Positions 13,801 through 25,424 of a stretch of 64,000 nucleotides of DNA are shown here, one piece after another. A program made the translations under genes and the position numbers. Under the pieces are notes generated by a model. It saw only the letters and a list, made by a program, of their open reading frames with translations. It searched no databases and was not told the DNA's origin. Source of the stretch: Octopus vulgaris (taxonomy: Eukaryota); assembly GCA_951406725.2 (NCBI GenBank), contig OX597832.1, positions 66,836,001 to 66,900,000 on the forward strand, written 5' to 3'. Positions within the stretch are counted from its first letter, which is position 1. The number at the start of each line of letters is the position of its first letter.

Positions 13801-14325
13801 GTCATGATTGTGTTGTTATTTCTTGTGCCGTTTGAAAACTTTGGTAGCGGTTCTCTATTAACCATGTCAGTGAGCTCAATCTTGCCGAGTTCTCTCATAA
13901 TGTCCACTTTTGCTTCCATAATCTTTTCTCTATTATGCACCTCAAATTCTATGTCATATCTATTTTGGTTTTCTTGAGGAAGGTCTACGTTCTCCTCTTT
14001 TTTCAAATCTCTCGTCTTCGCTATTCTTTGTTTAACTTCCCCATTGGGAAGTTGATTTGCCGCTTGTACACTGGCTTCTGTGCTACTGTTACCTATTTCG
14101 TCTACATTGTTGCTGTTTTCTTTTGGTCTACCATGAGCTATTAGTGTCCTAATTTTGTCAATTTCAGCGTCAGTTAGTCTTTTGTTTTTAATTATATCTC
14201 TGCGTACATTACTTAATTTATTTGCGTCTATATATATACGTACGTCATTGCCTACTGAATTTCTCCATGAGATGTGTGTTTGTACACTGAGGTTATTATG
14301 TATGTTTGTACACTGAGGTTATTAT
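10803..14325 (-). mobile_element. R4/Dong-clade non-LTR retrotransposon A, near-complete but disrupted ORF (N-terminal domain, RT, CCHC finger, restriction-like endonuclease)
   Basis: ORF pieces 13638-14006, 13309-13572, 12938-13153, 12343-12954 (QKGC, GIFQGDSLSPLLF, HLFYMDDLKLF) and 10862-12253 (CRFC..ETIDHLVSGC, RHD, RPDIIV..IDVSVP..K..KY, TAHILRK). Flanked by (TAA)n, the known Dong target. Confidence 0.93.
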
Positions 14326-14342
14326 TATTATTATTATCATCA

Positions 14343-14401
<59 letters not shown>

Positions 14402-14451
14402 ATTCTTATTCTTATTCTTATTATTATTATTAATATTATTATTATTATTAT
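14320..14451. repeat. (TTA)n microsatellite
   Basis: Direct. Confidence 0.95.
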
Positions 14452-15362
14452 AAACATCGCATAGTATACAATAACGTGAGGTTGTTGATTGAAGATATTG
14501 TGTCTACTGGGAGTTTGGACAGTTTGTCAAGCTACAAGTATCTTACACAGGACTTTACGCAATATGCGTGTGGCGACTGATGCAATACATCTAGGTTGTA
14601 GGGTATTTCAAATTTTTTCAGATGTCATTTGCCCTTGTTCTTGTCTGGCAAGGCTTGTTCGTAGCACTGGTTGTTCAAGGCTTGTTCATGGCCATTTGGT
14701 TCATGTGAGCAGACCATATGCGTTTGCGAAGCACGCTGCATAATTTGACCAGTACAAGGACTATGTCTTTTAGTATGGCTAATAGTCGTTGAATTACGAC
14801 CAGGTCCACCCTGCGGCACAGGAGGGACATATGCCGGGTACGGCACCTTCACCATTGGTGCTAGTCCCGTTCACACCATTATTGTCATTCATGTTTCTTG
14901 ACGTTTTCACTCAGTAATGGGGTGTAAGTTTAGGTTACTACCAAGCGCTATTATATTTTTCGAGACACCATCTCTATCAAGTTAGTCTGCCAAGGTGGCA
15001 CAGTCTTTGTTCCTCCTAGTTTTGGCATAGAGTATTCCTTCTCTTAGGCTGCTTGCCACACAAGGGTAACGAGAGCCTACCCGAGGACAATTTATTTCGA
15101 GCCGAGTTCGACTGTCAGGGGACAGGTTGTGACCACTGTGACTAAAGAGTCTAATCTACCCCAGTTGTTGAATCAGAGTATTCCGCCTCCAAGACAGACT
15201 TTCAAACAAGGCTCACGAGTCCTGTCTACCTGTTTTTGGAATGGCCATTCACTTTTTTAAGTTCATCTGCCCTTTGCCGGGTTTTGTTTTTAATCCCGCA
15301 GGGTTTCGAAAACCCGGCCTCCTCAACAAGCACGCTTAGTGGGGTTGCCGGTTTAGTCGCCG
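14452..15362 (-). mobile_element. Probable internally deleted Dong-like element: 5' UTR and ORF start joined to the last codons and 3' UTR
   Basis: Minus strand ~14540-14590 encodes ..ATRILRKVL.., like the TAHILRK C-terminus. 15030-15232 has two copies of a CCTTG...GGAATACTCT motif. (TAA)n lies on both sides. Confidence 0.55.
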
Positions 15363-15380
15363 ATTATTATTATTATTATT

Positions 15381-17761
15381 CAGTAGTTTTATTTTTATTT
15401 TTATAGCGTGCTTTCACTTCACTACCGAGCGCAGCTCTGTGTGCCTTGGGTATGTGCTGTGATTTGTTGTGATGCTCTGATGGTTATTGTATGGAAAGTG
15501 TTCTGCGTAGGATGTGGGCAGTGCCTAGTAGTGCAATTTTCTGTATGTTATATGTGTTTGTAAGTCCTGGTGTTTTTGTTATGTATTTGTCTGAATATTT
15601 TTTTATCATGCCTAATGCACCTACTATGATAGGAATTGTTTCTGTTTTCAGATTCCACATTCTAGTTACCTCTATTTCCAGGTCTTTGTATTTTGAGAGT
15701 TTCTCCATTTCTTTTAGAGACACGTTGTCATCTGCCGGTATTGATACATCAATTAAAAAGCATTTTTTTTCTTCATGATCTCTGACAACTATATCTGGTC
15801 TGTTGGCCTTAATTTCTCTATCTGTGTGTATCGGCATATCCCAAGAGTATGGTTGCTTTCTCGTTTTCTGTGACCTTTTCTGGTGTGTGCCTATACCATC
15901 TTTTTTCTGTTGTTATTCCATAATGTTGGCATAGCTTCCAATGTATGTAGGTTCCAACTCTGTCATGTCTGTGAATATATTCCTTCTTAGCCAGGACTGG
16001 GCAGCTAGAGATGATATGATTTATTGTTTCTTGTCCATCTCCACATATTCTGCAGTTACTTGTAATATTTCTTTTCATTACATGTTTTTGGTAATTTCTG
16101 GTGGGGAGGCTTTGGTCTTGTGCTGCAATTAAAAATCCCTCTGTTTCTGCTTTGAGTCCTGAGCTTCTCAACCATTGCTGGGATTTTTCTTTGTCTATTT
16201 CTTTTGCGTTTAGTTTAGTGCAGTATTTACCATGAAGGGGCTTTTCTTGCCATCGTTTTATCATGGTTCGTTGCTGTTCTGTTTTTAGTTTGGATTCCAT
16301 TTGTTTTATAGCTTTTGTTGTTTCTTCATCTTCTTCTTCTTCTTCTTCTTCAGGTGGTATGATTTCTTGTTTGTATTTGTCAGCTTCCTTAAATACTGAG
16401 AACAGTTTTTTGTTTTGCTCGTGTTTTGCCGCTATCTGGATCAGTTTTCCTTCCTTCTGAAGTAGATATTTTTGCAGTCCTATGGTGGTTATTTTATAGT
16501 AGTTTTCCAGCTGTATAAGGCCTCTACCACCTTCTATACGTTGTATATATAGTCTTTCTATGTCAGATTTTGGGTGATGCATCCTAGATCCTGTCATTAT
16601 TTTTCTTGTTTTCCTATCTATTTTGGTCAGTTCATTTCGTGTCCAGTTAAGGATATTGTAGCTGTAACTTATAACTGGGACAGCTAAAGTGTTGATACCT
16701 ATTATCTTGTTTTTAGCATTGAGCTCTGTGTTTAGTATTGATCTAACTCGTCTATAATATTCTTTTTTTATTTTCTCTTTCATTTGTGTGTGTTGTGTCT
16801 TATCTAGTTCATGGATTCCTAAGTATTTGTAAGTTTGGCTTTGGTCTAATTCTTTTATTTCATTGGTTTTATCTAGTGTGATGTTGTTACTCTTAACTAG
16901 TTTTCCTCTTTTCATGGTTACTTTGGCGCATTTTTCTAATCCACATTTCATATCTATTTCTTTGGTAAATCCATGAACTGTCTTTAATAGTGTTTCCAGC
17001 TGTTTGTCATTTGCAGCGTATAGTTTGAGGTCATCCATATATAAAAGGTGGCTGATCGTTTTGCCGTAACATTTATATCCGCATCCAGTTCTATTTAGCA
17101 TATCAGATAGAGGTGACAGTGCCAAGCAGAAAAGGAGTGGAGAGAGCGTGTCTCCCTGGAATATTCCTCTTCTAATGGGGATGTCTTTGGTTTTCATGAG
17201 TCCCTCTTTTGTTTGGAGGTGTAGGACTGTTTGCCATTTATTCATAGAGTGCTCCATGAATTTTATGATTGTTGGTGCTACTTTGTTAATGGCTAGTGTT
17301 TCGAGGATCCATGTGTGTGGGATGCTATCAAACGCCTTTTTGTAGTCAATCCAGGCCATACTGAGGCCTTTCTTCTTTCTGTGGCTGTCTTCAGTTATGG
17401 CTTTATTAATCATTAGTTGATCTTTACAGCCATATGAGCCTTTGCGGCATCCTTTTTGCTCTTCTGGGAACAGTTTGTTTTCGTCCAGGTGCTTGTTCAG
17501 CCTTTGTGATATCACTGCAGTAAATGCCTTGAACATAGTAGGGAGGCAGGTTATTGGTCTGTAGTTTTCTGGTTTTTCTGTTTCATTTGATTTGGGAATT
17601 AAGATGGTTTTCCCTTCGTGAGCCATTCAGGCATTGTCTCTGGCTCTGCTAGTACGTTGTTAAAGTTTTCAGCCAGCTTTTTGTGCATTCCTGTTAGATA
17701 TTTCAACCAGAAGTTGGGGATCTTGTCATGCCCAGGTTCCTTCCAGTTGCTTAGTCTTTGC
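15381..17761 (-). mobile_element. R4/Dong-clade non-LTR retrotransposon B, 5'-truncated at RT domain 0; 602-aa ORF plus frameshifted RLE tail
   Basis: NYRPITCLPT, EQKGC, WIDYKKAFDS, GIFQGDTLSPLLF, HLLYMDDLKLY, CRIC..ETINHIISSC, RHD; 15484-15837 has RPDIVV..IDVSIP..EKLSKY. (TAA)n at both ends. Confidence 0.95.
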
Positions 17762-18030
<269 letters not shown>

Positions 18031-19734
18031 ATTATTATAAAGGCGCTGAAATGACAACCGTCGGTTCGTCGTACAAACTGTAAGGCAACATTTGCCAAGC
18101 TTATCGTTCTCAATCAAAATTCAATTATTCATTGCAGGCTTTTCAGTTTCAAGCTTTAGCGAAGAAAAAAAGAGAAGAATTTCGACAGTATCACGTAGTT
18201 AATTTAATGAGATTTTCGGGTACTCTCCCCATTAATTCTATTATCAAAAAAAGGAGATATCCCCAAACAATGCGGTGGGAATATACTTTCCAGCCTGCCA
18301 TTTACTTTTTACATACATTACGTAGGGAAACGAGCAGACTTTTTTATCATACACTCCTGGTATGTTTCCGTACTAACAGCGTAATGCACGTGGGTGTTCT
18401 ATTATCTGTCGTTAGAGATTTCCACTACCATGTTAGTCCTGGCTTAAATTAACATGAAACCTTTCTTGATAGGATATAATTCCATGCTGATCTACACAAA
18501 TGTTAGCGTATACAAAGCTCAATATGTTCTCGGCAGATGGAGTACATGGATACATCCTCAGTGGTTTATCATTGAGTCAGTGGGAGTTTCGGATGTTAAA
18601 AAAGACATCCTTATCCACGAGAACACAACCTAAATTGATCGAGCTTAGGTCTGTATCCAAGTGACATTTTACTGACCCTCCAACAATGACCTCTTTTCAG
18701 TAGAGCCATTTTACTGTTGTCTCAGTAATCTCGTTATACTTGGCGGCCCTTCTACTAACCGTTCATGCAATGCACAGACTTTCATATGATTTACTCAGAG
18801 TAAATTTCTGGGAACAGTAGCATTTCAACGTAGTGGACATACACGAAGCTGTAGGCTGGGTCTGCTTACCATCTTTAGGAGACAGTGGATTATACGAGGA
18901 ACTTTTCAGATACAATTTGCATTTGATAACGATGTAGCAAAGAATGAATGGATGAAAATTAGATTTAAAGAAAATACTCTGTATCCATATTCCATTTCCA
19001 GTCAACGGCTATTCTTCTCTCTTTTATTCCCAGTGCATTGGGCTCTATCCAATTTACTCTATCTAATTCATTTTACGTAATTTCATAACTCTTTTACGTA
19101 AATCTAAAGTCTGTGTGGACTATAGTGCATCTACCATTCCACGCATCCAATACATAACATTTTTGTGTTCATACACCTGTTACCAAATATGTCCATTCTT
19201 TTTAAACACTGAAACACTAAACCTCAGAAATACTACACTTCTGTATTCGTTTCATCTACATCTCCAGAAAACATTTTATTGCATGAAATATGAAGCATGA
19301 CATTGTTCTATAGTCATTATGTATCCCAGAGTAGCTGATGGATTTATCGAGAATCGTAGAGACCTTCGAAACATCAACGACCACTTTTCAACCACAATTA
19401 CTCCGCTTGACGAATATCTGTACCTGATCTTGCATTCTATATAGACGCTTGGATCTGCCGCGTCCGGTGTAAAATACTCATCATCCAACTTGAAAATTTC
19501 GAAATAGACGAAACGAATTATCGACATCGTATTGTATAACGGCACACAACATACACATAAACTCACATGTAATCGCATACACACACATACACACACAGAG
19601 AGAAACACACGTATACCACACATGCACATAAACAAATACACACATACATAACAGAACTTGACTTGTGACACGAACACAAGCTATATCAGTACATTCACAT
19701 GTAATATATGCGCATATGAAAGAAAATGGCAGCA

Positions 19735-19895
19735 GGCGCAGGCACGTTTTAGAGGCACAGCCTTGAGTGTGTTGCAAAAACTTTGCTTGGTTCCGGGTTC
19801 AGTCCCACTGCATGGCAGTTTTGTTTCCTACTATAGCTTCGGGCCCAACAAGGACTTGGAGCGGACATGGAAGGCAGAAAATAAAATAGGCCCGT
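19735..19895 (+). mobile_element. SINE family A 5' half; a matching 3' half lies at ~22790-23007
   Basis: GGTTCCGGGTTCAGTCCCACTGC B-box region. The 3' half reads CGCTTGACAACCGGTGTTGGTG...GCATGGCCGCAGTCAAA. Confidence 0.7.
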
Positions 19896-19906
19896 ACATA
19901 TGTATG

Positions 19907-19971
<65 letters not shown>

Positions 19972-20028
19972 AAAAAATGAGGTTCGAAAATGCTGCTGTA
20001 TTATACAATTTTTAATTTTTATATATAC

Positions 20029-20072
20029 ATTATAACATGTTTCAGTTCCTGAAATGAACTTTATCAAAAAAA
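20029..20072 (-). ncRNA. Hammerhead-like motif near the PLE 3' end, U3-A8 core
   Basis: Minus strand reads TTGATAA-AGTTC-atttcag-GAACT-GAAAC-AT-GTT. Stem II is a perfect 5 bp and stem III is the palindrome ACATGT; stem I is weak. Confidence 0.45.
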
Positions 20073-20447
20073 GTTATATATAAAAAAAGACAGCTCATGC
20101 CGTCAAACACAAGAAATTCATTTATAATACACAACGGAGTCAGACATCTTAGAGTTCATGTATAGTTGATATATAGTTCATGTATAGTTGATATATATTT
20201 TGAAGTATATGTTCAAAGTGTTCGATGCAGTGGCCCACGTTGGCGATACGTATTCAATACAAAAAACAGATCAAAGTGGTGGAAAGCGGTCAATACAGAA
20301 GATTGATGTTTCCGAAAGAGCGAGGAATTCATTTTTACCTTAAGCAAATGTGATGACCCATGGTGGATGTTCGCTGGGTGGTTCTAATGAGTTTTTGTGA
20401 AAGCGCTCGGTTTTATAATGCCTGTTAGGTGGTCAATCCAGCGTAGC

Positions 20448-20875
20448 GTGACGTCATCAACGTTTTGACCAATCGTTTCGTTAGGTGGCTTTAGTCAAGT
20501 AGAACGGGACGTCATCATTATTTTGACCAATCGCTGCATTATAACTGCCTCTTGTTTGTTTCCTGTTTTGACCAGTCGCTTCGTTAGTCAAGTAGAACGG
20601 GACGTCATCATTATTTTGACCAATCGCTGCATTATAACTGCCTCTTGTTTCTTTCCTGTTTTGACCAGTCGCTTCGTTAGTCAAGCAGAACGGGACGTCA
20701 TGCAGATTCTGCCCAATCACGACTTATAGCTACATTAGATCTGCCCCCTGTCTCTACTTGTTAGGTGACTATTCAAGCAGAAAAGGACGTCATCAATATT
20801 CTGACTAATGACTGTCCCCTGTTTGTATCCTGTCCATTCTAGCTGAGCTAGACGTCATCAACTTGTTGACCAATC
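20448..20875 (+). promoter_or_regulatory. Array of six GACGTCA-N12-CCAAT composite motifs, including a 93-bp tandem repeat (~2.3 units from 20491), in the PLE 3' UTR
   Basis: Motifs near 20449, 20508, 20601, 20694, 20786 (CTAAT variant) and 20851, all with a 12-nt spacer. Confidence 0.6.
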
Positions 20876-22055
20876 AGAATCGTGTCTGACCCTTAGCTGT
20901 ATCGTATGTATCAGGGTCAGATTTGCACGAAATAATTTTTTTCCTTTTTTACTTAGGCATATTTCCGTCAGAGTGAGTGTCTGTTTGAAGTAGCGGCCGT
21001 GGTGGAATTTTGCTTCTCCTTTTCGGAGGACTTATCTTTTGTTTTAGTATTCCTGGCCCAGGGTGTTTAAACTTGGTCTAAATTTTTTTATGAAATATAG
21101 TTCTTTATTTTGGCGTTGTGTGAAGGTTGCGTTGTCACTGAATTTATAGAGCGGGTTAGTTGTAAATTTCGGATTTACATTTCCAGCACATCTATCTATG
21201 TGTCCGCTGACCGGAATTTTGCGGTAATCAGGGTTTCTAATTTGTGATTTATGCACCGCCATCCTGTTACGTAAGCTATTTTTTGTATGGCCTATATACT
21301 GCCTATTGCAGCCTGCGCATGTTATGACGTAAATTAAGTTTTCTGATGCGCAGGTGAAGTTTGTTCTAATGGTGAACTGGTGGCCTTGTTCCAGTATAAA
21401 TTCTGATCCTTCTTTCAAGATGACACAGATTCCGCAGTTGGGCCTTCCACATTTTCTAACTGCTGGTTTTGTGGTTGATGTTGAGTGCAGTGTAGCTTGG
21501 GTTAAAATCCTTTTCAAGGATTTTGGTTGCTGTTTACTTTTAATGATGGTGGGTGTTTCGAGGATCCGGTTCATCTTTGGGTCTCCCTTTAGTAGGGCTG
21601 TGCTTTGTAGTATGGTGTTGAAGGCCTCATTGTTGAGTGTAGAGATGTAGGGAAGGGTTTTTAATTGTTCTTTCTTTTTTGGTTTTGTTTGTCTCAGGTC
21701 TTCTATACTTAATTTAAAGTACCCGTTGGATTGCACTGTCTATTAGGGGCTGTGGGTAGTTTCTATTTGTGAGTGTGGTTCTAAGTTCCTGGAGACGTGT
21801 GTGTCGGGTGTTTGTGTCTGATATTATGGTGCAAATCCTTCTAGCTAAACAAAAAGGGACATTCATTCTAGTGTGTCGTGGGTGGCATGAATCAAAGGGT
21901 AGGTACTGTTTAGAGTCTGTCGGTTTATAGTAGATATCTGTCTCTATTTTGTTGCCGGTTTTCTTAATGAGGATGTCTAAAAATGGTAATTCTTTATCGT
22001 TGTGGTCCATCGTGAATTGTATATTGTCATTTATTCCATTTAATAGTATTTTAAA

Positions 22056-22140
<85 letters not shown>

Positions 22141-22142
<2 letters not shown>

Positions 22143-22400
22143 CGGGAAGCTTTATGAAAACAGACAAAAGACGAAGGCAGGTTTATGGAAATAAACAAAA
22201 TACGAAGGCAGGTGGAATACAAACAAACAATTGTATTAGTATGGCGCTCAGGAATATAAATAAAACAAGTCTTTGACGTTTCGAGCCTACGCTGTTCAAC
22301 AGAAAGATACACAGAGAAGAAACGCAGAAAGAAGGAGAGAGAGAGACATAGACAGACAGACAGACGTGTGTTAACACAATGAGAAAAACTAGAATTCAAA
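22141..22400 (-). mobile_element. PLE-type terminal fragment with variant HHR (22270-22307)
   Basis: Minus strand reads TCTTT-CTGTTGA-A-CAGC-gtag-GCTC-GAAAC-GTC-AAAGA; homologous to 1208-1450. Confidence 0.6.
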
Positions 22401-22629
22401 ATATGAGTATATGTATATTTTTATTAATATTTAGCAGAAGCAACAGAGTGACTCAAGGTCCGAGATTTTCCTGTGTAAGTACTTATCAAACATTTATGTT
22501 TGAGTAGGCACAATGCAAGAAACACTTAGACTTGGGGCACGAACTTGCTACTGTTAAAATATATATATATATATATAGATATAGATATATATATAGATAT
22601 ATATATATATACATAAATATATACACACA

Positions 22630-22772
22630 ATTGCAGCGTGGAAGGTGTTTATAAGCCATTTAAGAAACACACAAAACCGTTAGATTCACTTCAAAATTTT
22701 AATTTAATTTGTCGAAATATTTTCGTCGCTTTGAGATCGCGACCTGTTCACTGACAAAACTTCGTACTGTTA
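22630..22772 (-). mobile_element. Short repeat with G3-C8 hammerhead variant (22708-22758); second copy at 41055-41200 (+)
   Basis: Reverse-complement match to 41055-41200. Minus strand reads TTTGTCA-GTGAACA-G-GTCGC-loop-GCGAC-GAA-AATATT-T-CGACAAA. Confidence 0.65.
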
Positions 22773-22789
22773 TATATATTATATGTATA

Positions 22790-23007
22790 TATCTATTTGT
22801 GCTTGAGGCGCTCGTCCACCTCCACCGCTTGACAACCGGTGTTGGTGTTATTTACGTCATCGTAAATTAGCGGTTCGGCTAAAGGGTACGATATAATAGT
22901 TACCAGGCTAAGAATAAAGTATAACTCCTCGGGTCAATGTGTTCGATTTAAAACAAACTTCAAAGCGGTACTCTTGCATGGCCGCAGTCAAAGGATTAAA
23001 ACAAGTA
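22790..23007 (+). mobile_element. SINE family A 3' half
   Basis: Matches the 3' halves at 950-1175 and 57320-57486. Confidence 0.7.
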
Positions 23008-23272
23008 GATCATATCATGGTGGCCTACTCATAGCGGCTTTTCACAATAATTTGGAAGGACCCAGCCTACGACATGAGAATAGTCCTAGCCTTTTTCAAT
23101 TGAAAGTTGATATATGTTAACCCCATGCTGGTAAATATTTACCTAAGTGGCGCTTGTGCATACAAACACGAACTTAGACCCGAAACCTCGTTGTGCCATG
23201 TTCAGTACCGCTCCGTAAGAACTTGAGAAGATGTATATATGTATACACGACCACGCACACTCACACACACAC

Positions 23273-23340
<68 letters not shown>

Positions 23341-23378
23341 GCACGAACACACACACACAAGTATATATATGACATACA

Positions 23379-23525
23379 TAGCTGTGTGGTAAGAAGCTTG
23401 TTTCCAAGCCTCATGGTTCCGTGTTCAGTCTCACTGCGTTGCATCTGGTGCCTTCCATCATAGCCTCGGGACGACCAAAGTCTTTTGAGAGGATTTGGTA
23501 GACGGAAACTGAAAGAAGCCTGACG

Positions 23526-23526
<1 letters not shown>
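23379..23526 (+). mobile_element. SINE family A 5' half ending in (TA)n
   Basis: GCTGTGTGGTAAGAAGCTTG...GGATTTGGTAGACGGAAACTGAAAGAAGCC. Confidence 0.8.
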
Positions 23527-23600
<74 letters not shown>

Positions 23601-23689
23601 ACATACATATACACGTATAAATGCAGAAACACAGGTGTTTATATATTGAGAAATATATACGCATTAATCTGGAATTAAGTGGAAATGTA

Positions 23690-23743
<54 letters not shown>

Positions 23744-23754
23744 ATATATATAAT

Positions 23755-24763
23755 ATAATAAATATAAGAGAGTGGTCACTATATTGCTCACTCTAGCACC
23801 AGTTAATCCAAAAGGTTTCAACCACGAAAATACATGCTTACCATGAAAGTCAGTACGATTGTTAGCTCACACGGACAGGGCAAATAAAAAATAACAAAAA
23901 TACAGATTATTTTGGGACAATTGTTTCGCTATTAATGAATTAAATGTAATTTTACTTACAAAAAAATCCATTTGTACGTCAGCCAAGACTATCTGGATGA
24001 AATCCACTCAATCACACGCCAGATTTTACCATAACGATAAATACGCGTGTGGTTCAATGATTACATCCGACGTTATAATTCAAATGCCCCAACCAACAGC
24101 GCGCCAAATCACGGAAAACAAATAAGCATTTAGAAATAAATGCAGCATAATTATAATTAATTAATAAGGGTGAGAAAATTAGATATAATTTAATAGTATA
24201 TTTATTCAACACCAAGTGGCCTAGTGCTTCGAGAAACCTGGATTATTATAATATTTTATAACATATTATAATATTTTTACAAAATAAATATAAGAGAGTG
24301 GTCACTATATCACTCTAGCACCAGTTAATCCAAAAGGTTTCAACCACGAAAATACATGCTTACCATGAAAGTCAGTATTGTTATCACACGGACAGGGCAA
24401 ATAAAAAATAACAAAAATACAGATTATTTTGGGACAATTGTTTCGCTATTAATGAATTAAATGTAATTTTACTTACAAAAAATCCATTTGTAGCTCGTCA
24501 GCCAAGACTATCTGGATGAAATCCACTCAATCACACGCCAGATTTTACCATAACGATAAATACATGTATTTTCGTGGTTGAAACCTTTGGATTAACTGGT
24601 GCTAGAGTGAGCAATATAGTGACCACTCTCTTATATTTATTTTGTAAAAATATTATAATATGTTATAAAATATATAATAATCCAGGTTTCTCGAAGCACT
24701 AGGCCACTTGGTGTTGAATAAATATACTATTAAATTAGTATCTAATTCTCTCACCCTTATTAA

Positions 24764-24772
<9 letters not shown>
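23755..24772 (-). mobile_element. Non-coding HHR element: ~1.5 tandem copies of a ~520-bp unit followed by an inverted 210-bp terminal copy, in (TA)n (PLE pseudo-LTR / retrozyme-like)
   Basis: 23760-24044 is repeated at 24286-24563. 24563-24772 is the reverse complement of 24152-24358. Each direct copy has an HHR. Confidence 0.85.
24429..24505 (-). ncRNA. Type I hammerhead ribozyme, canonical core
   Basis: Minus strand reads TTGG-CTGACGA-GCTA...TAGC-GAAAC-AATT-GTC-CCAA, with palindromic stem III ACAATTGT. The sister copy 23912-23986 lacks 3 nt at the core/stem II junction. Confidence 0.87.
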
Positions 24773-24801
<29 letters not shown>

Positions 24802-24883
24802 TATATACACATATATATATATGTATGTATAGGCACGTTTATGTATATACATAAACATAATTACTTTACATTTACACACACAC

Positions 24884-24957
<74 letters not shown>

Positions 24958-25384
24958 CTTTATATATATGTATGTACGTAGATGAGGATTTAGAAAAATG
25001 TAACGTGGTAGGTAAACTTGTATGCTAGCAATGAATTTAAAGAGCAAAAGAATTAGGTCGAGCTAAACAGAGGCACGGAATTACAATGACACTCTTCACT
25101 TGACATTGATGTTGCCTTGGGGATATTAAGTAAAGGATTAACAGAGAAAAAATAATGCATCTCACACGAAAACATAGAAAAAAACCCATAAACTATTTTA
25201 TCATGGATTTTATATAGTTTCATGTTATTTTGCTGAAATATTGATAAACAATATCACAGCTTTTTTAGTATTTAAATATTTGAAAGAGTTAGACGCACAT
25301 GCACAGACAAGCACAAATACATGTACAAACACATACATATAAACACATATGCGAACACTCAAAATTTTATTACGTATATGATTG

Positions 25385-25424
<40 letters not shown>

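Larger units (their letters stand above)
19968..22057 (-). mobile_element. Penelope-like element (Neptune-type), 5'-truncated: RT C-terminus, Cys-rich linker, GIY-YIG endonuclease, ~1.07-kb 3' UTR
   Basis: ..LNGINDNIQFTMDHNDKELPFLDILI..TDIYYKPTDSKQYLPFDSCHP (21714-22057); CGRPNCGIC linker; NLIYVITCAGCNRQYIGHT..R...H; KELYFIKKFRPSLN (21044-21736). Bounded by (TA)n and (CT)n(TA)n. Confidence 0.92.

Noticed and set aside
15285-15352. Twister- or HDV-like ribozyme at the Dong 5' end
   Set aside because: Partial motif resemblance only; the required P4/P3 and pseudoknot pairings could not be built.
19330-19390. CTGATGG...TTCGAAAC on the plus strand
   Set aside because: Core mismatch, and no stem III or UH site.
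20481-20720. ORF with 31-aa repeats; repeat-spacer (CRISPR-like) appearance
   Set aside because: Product of a 93-bp tandem repeat with near-identical units; eukaryotic context, no unique spacers or cas genes.
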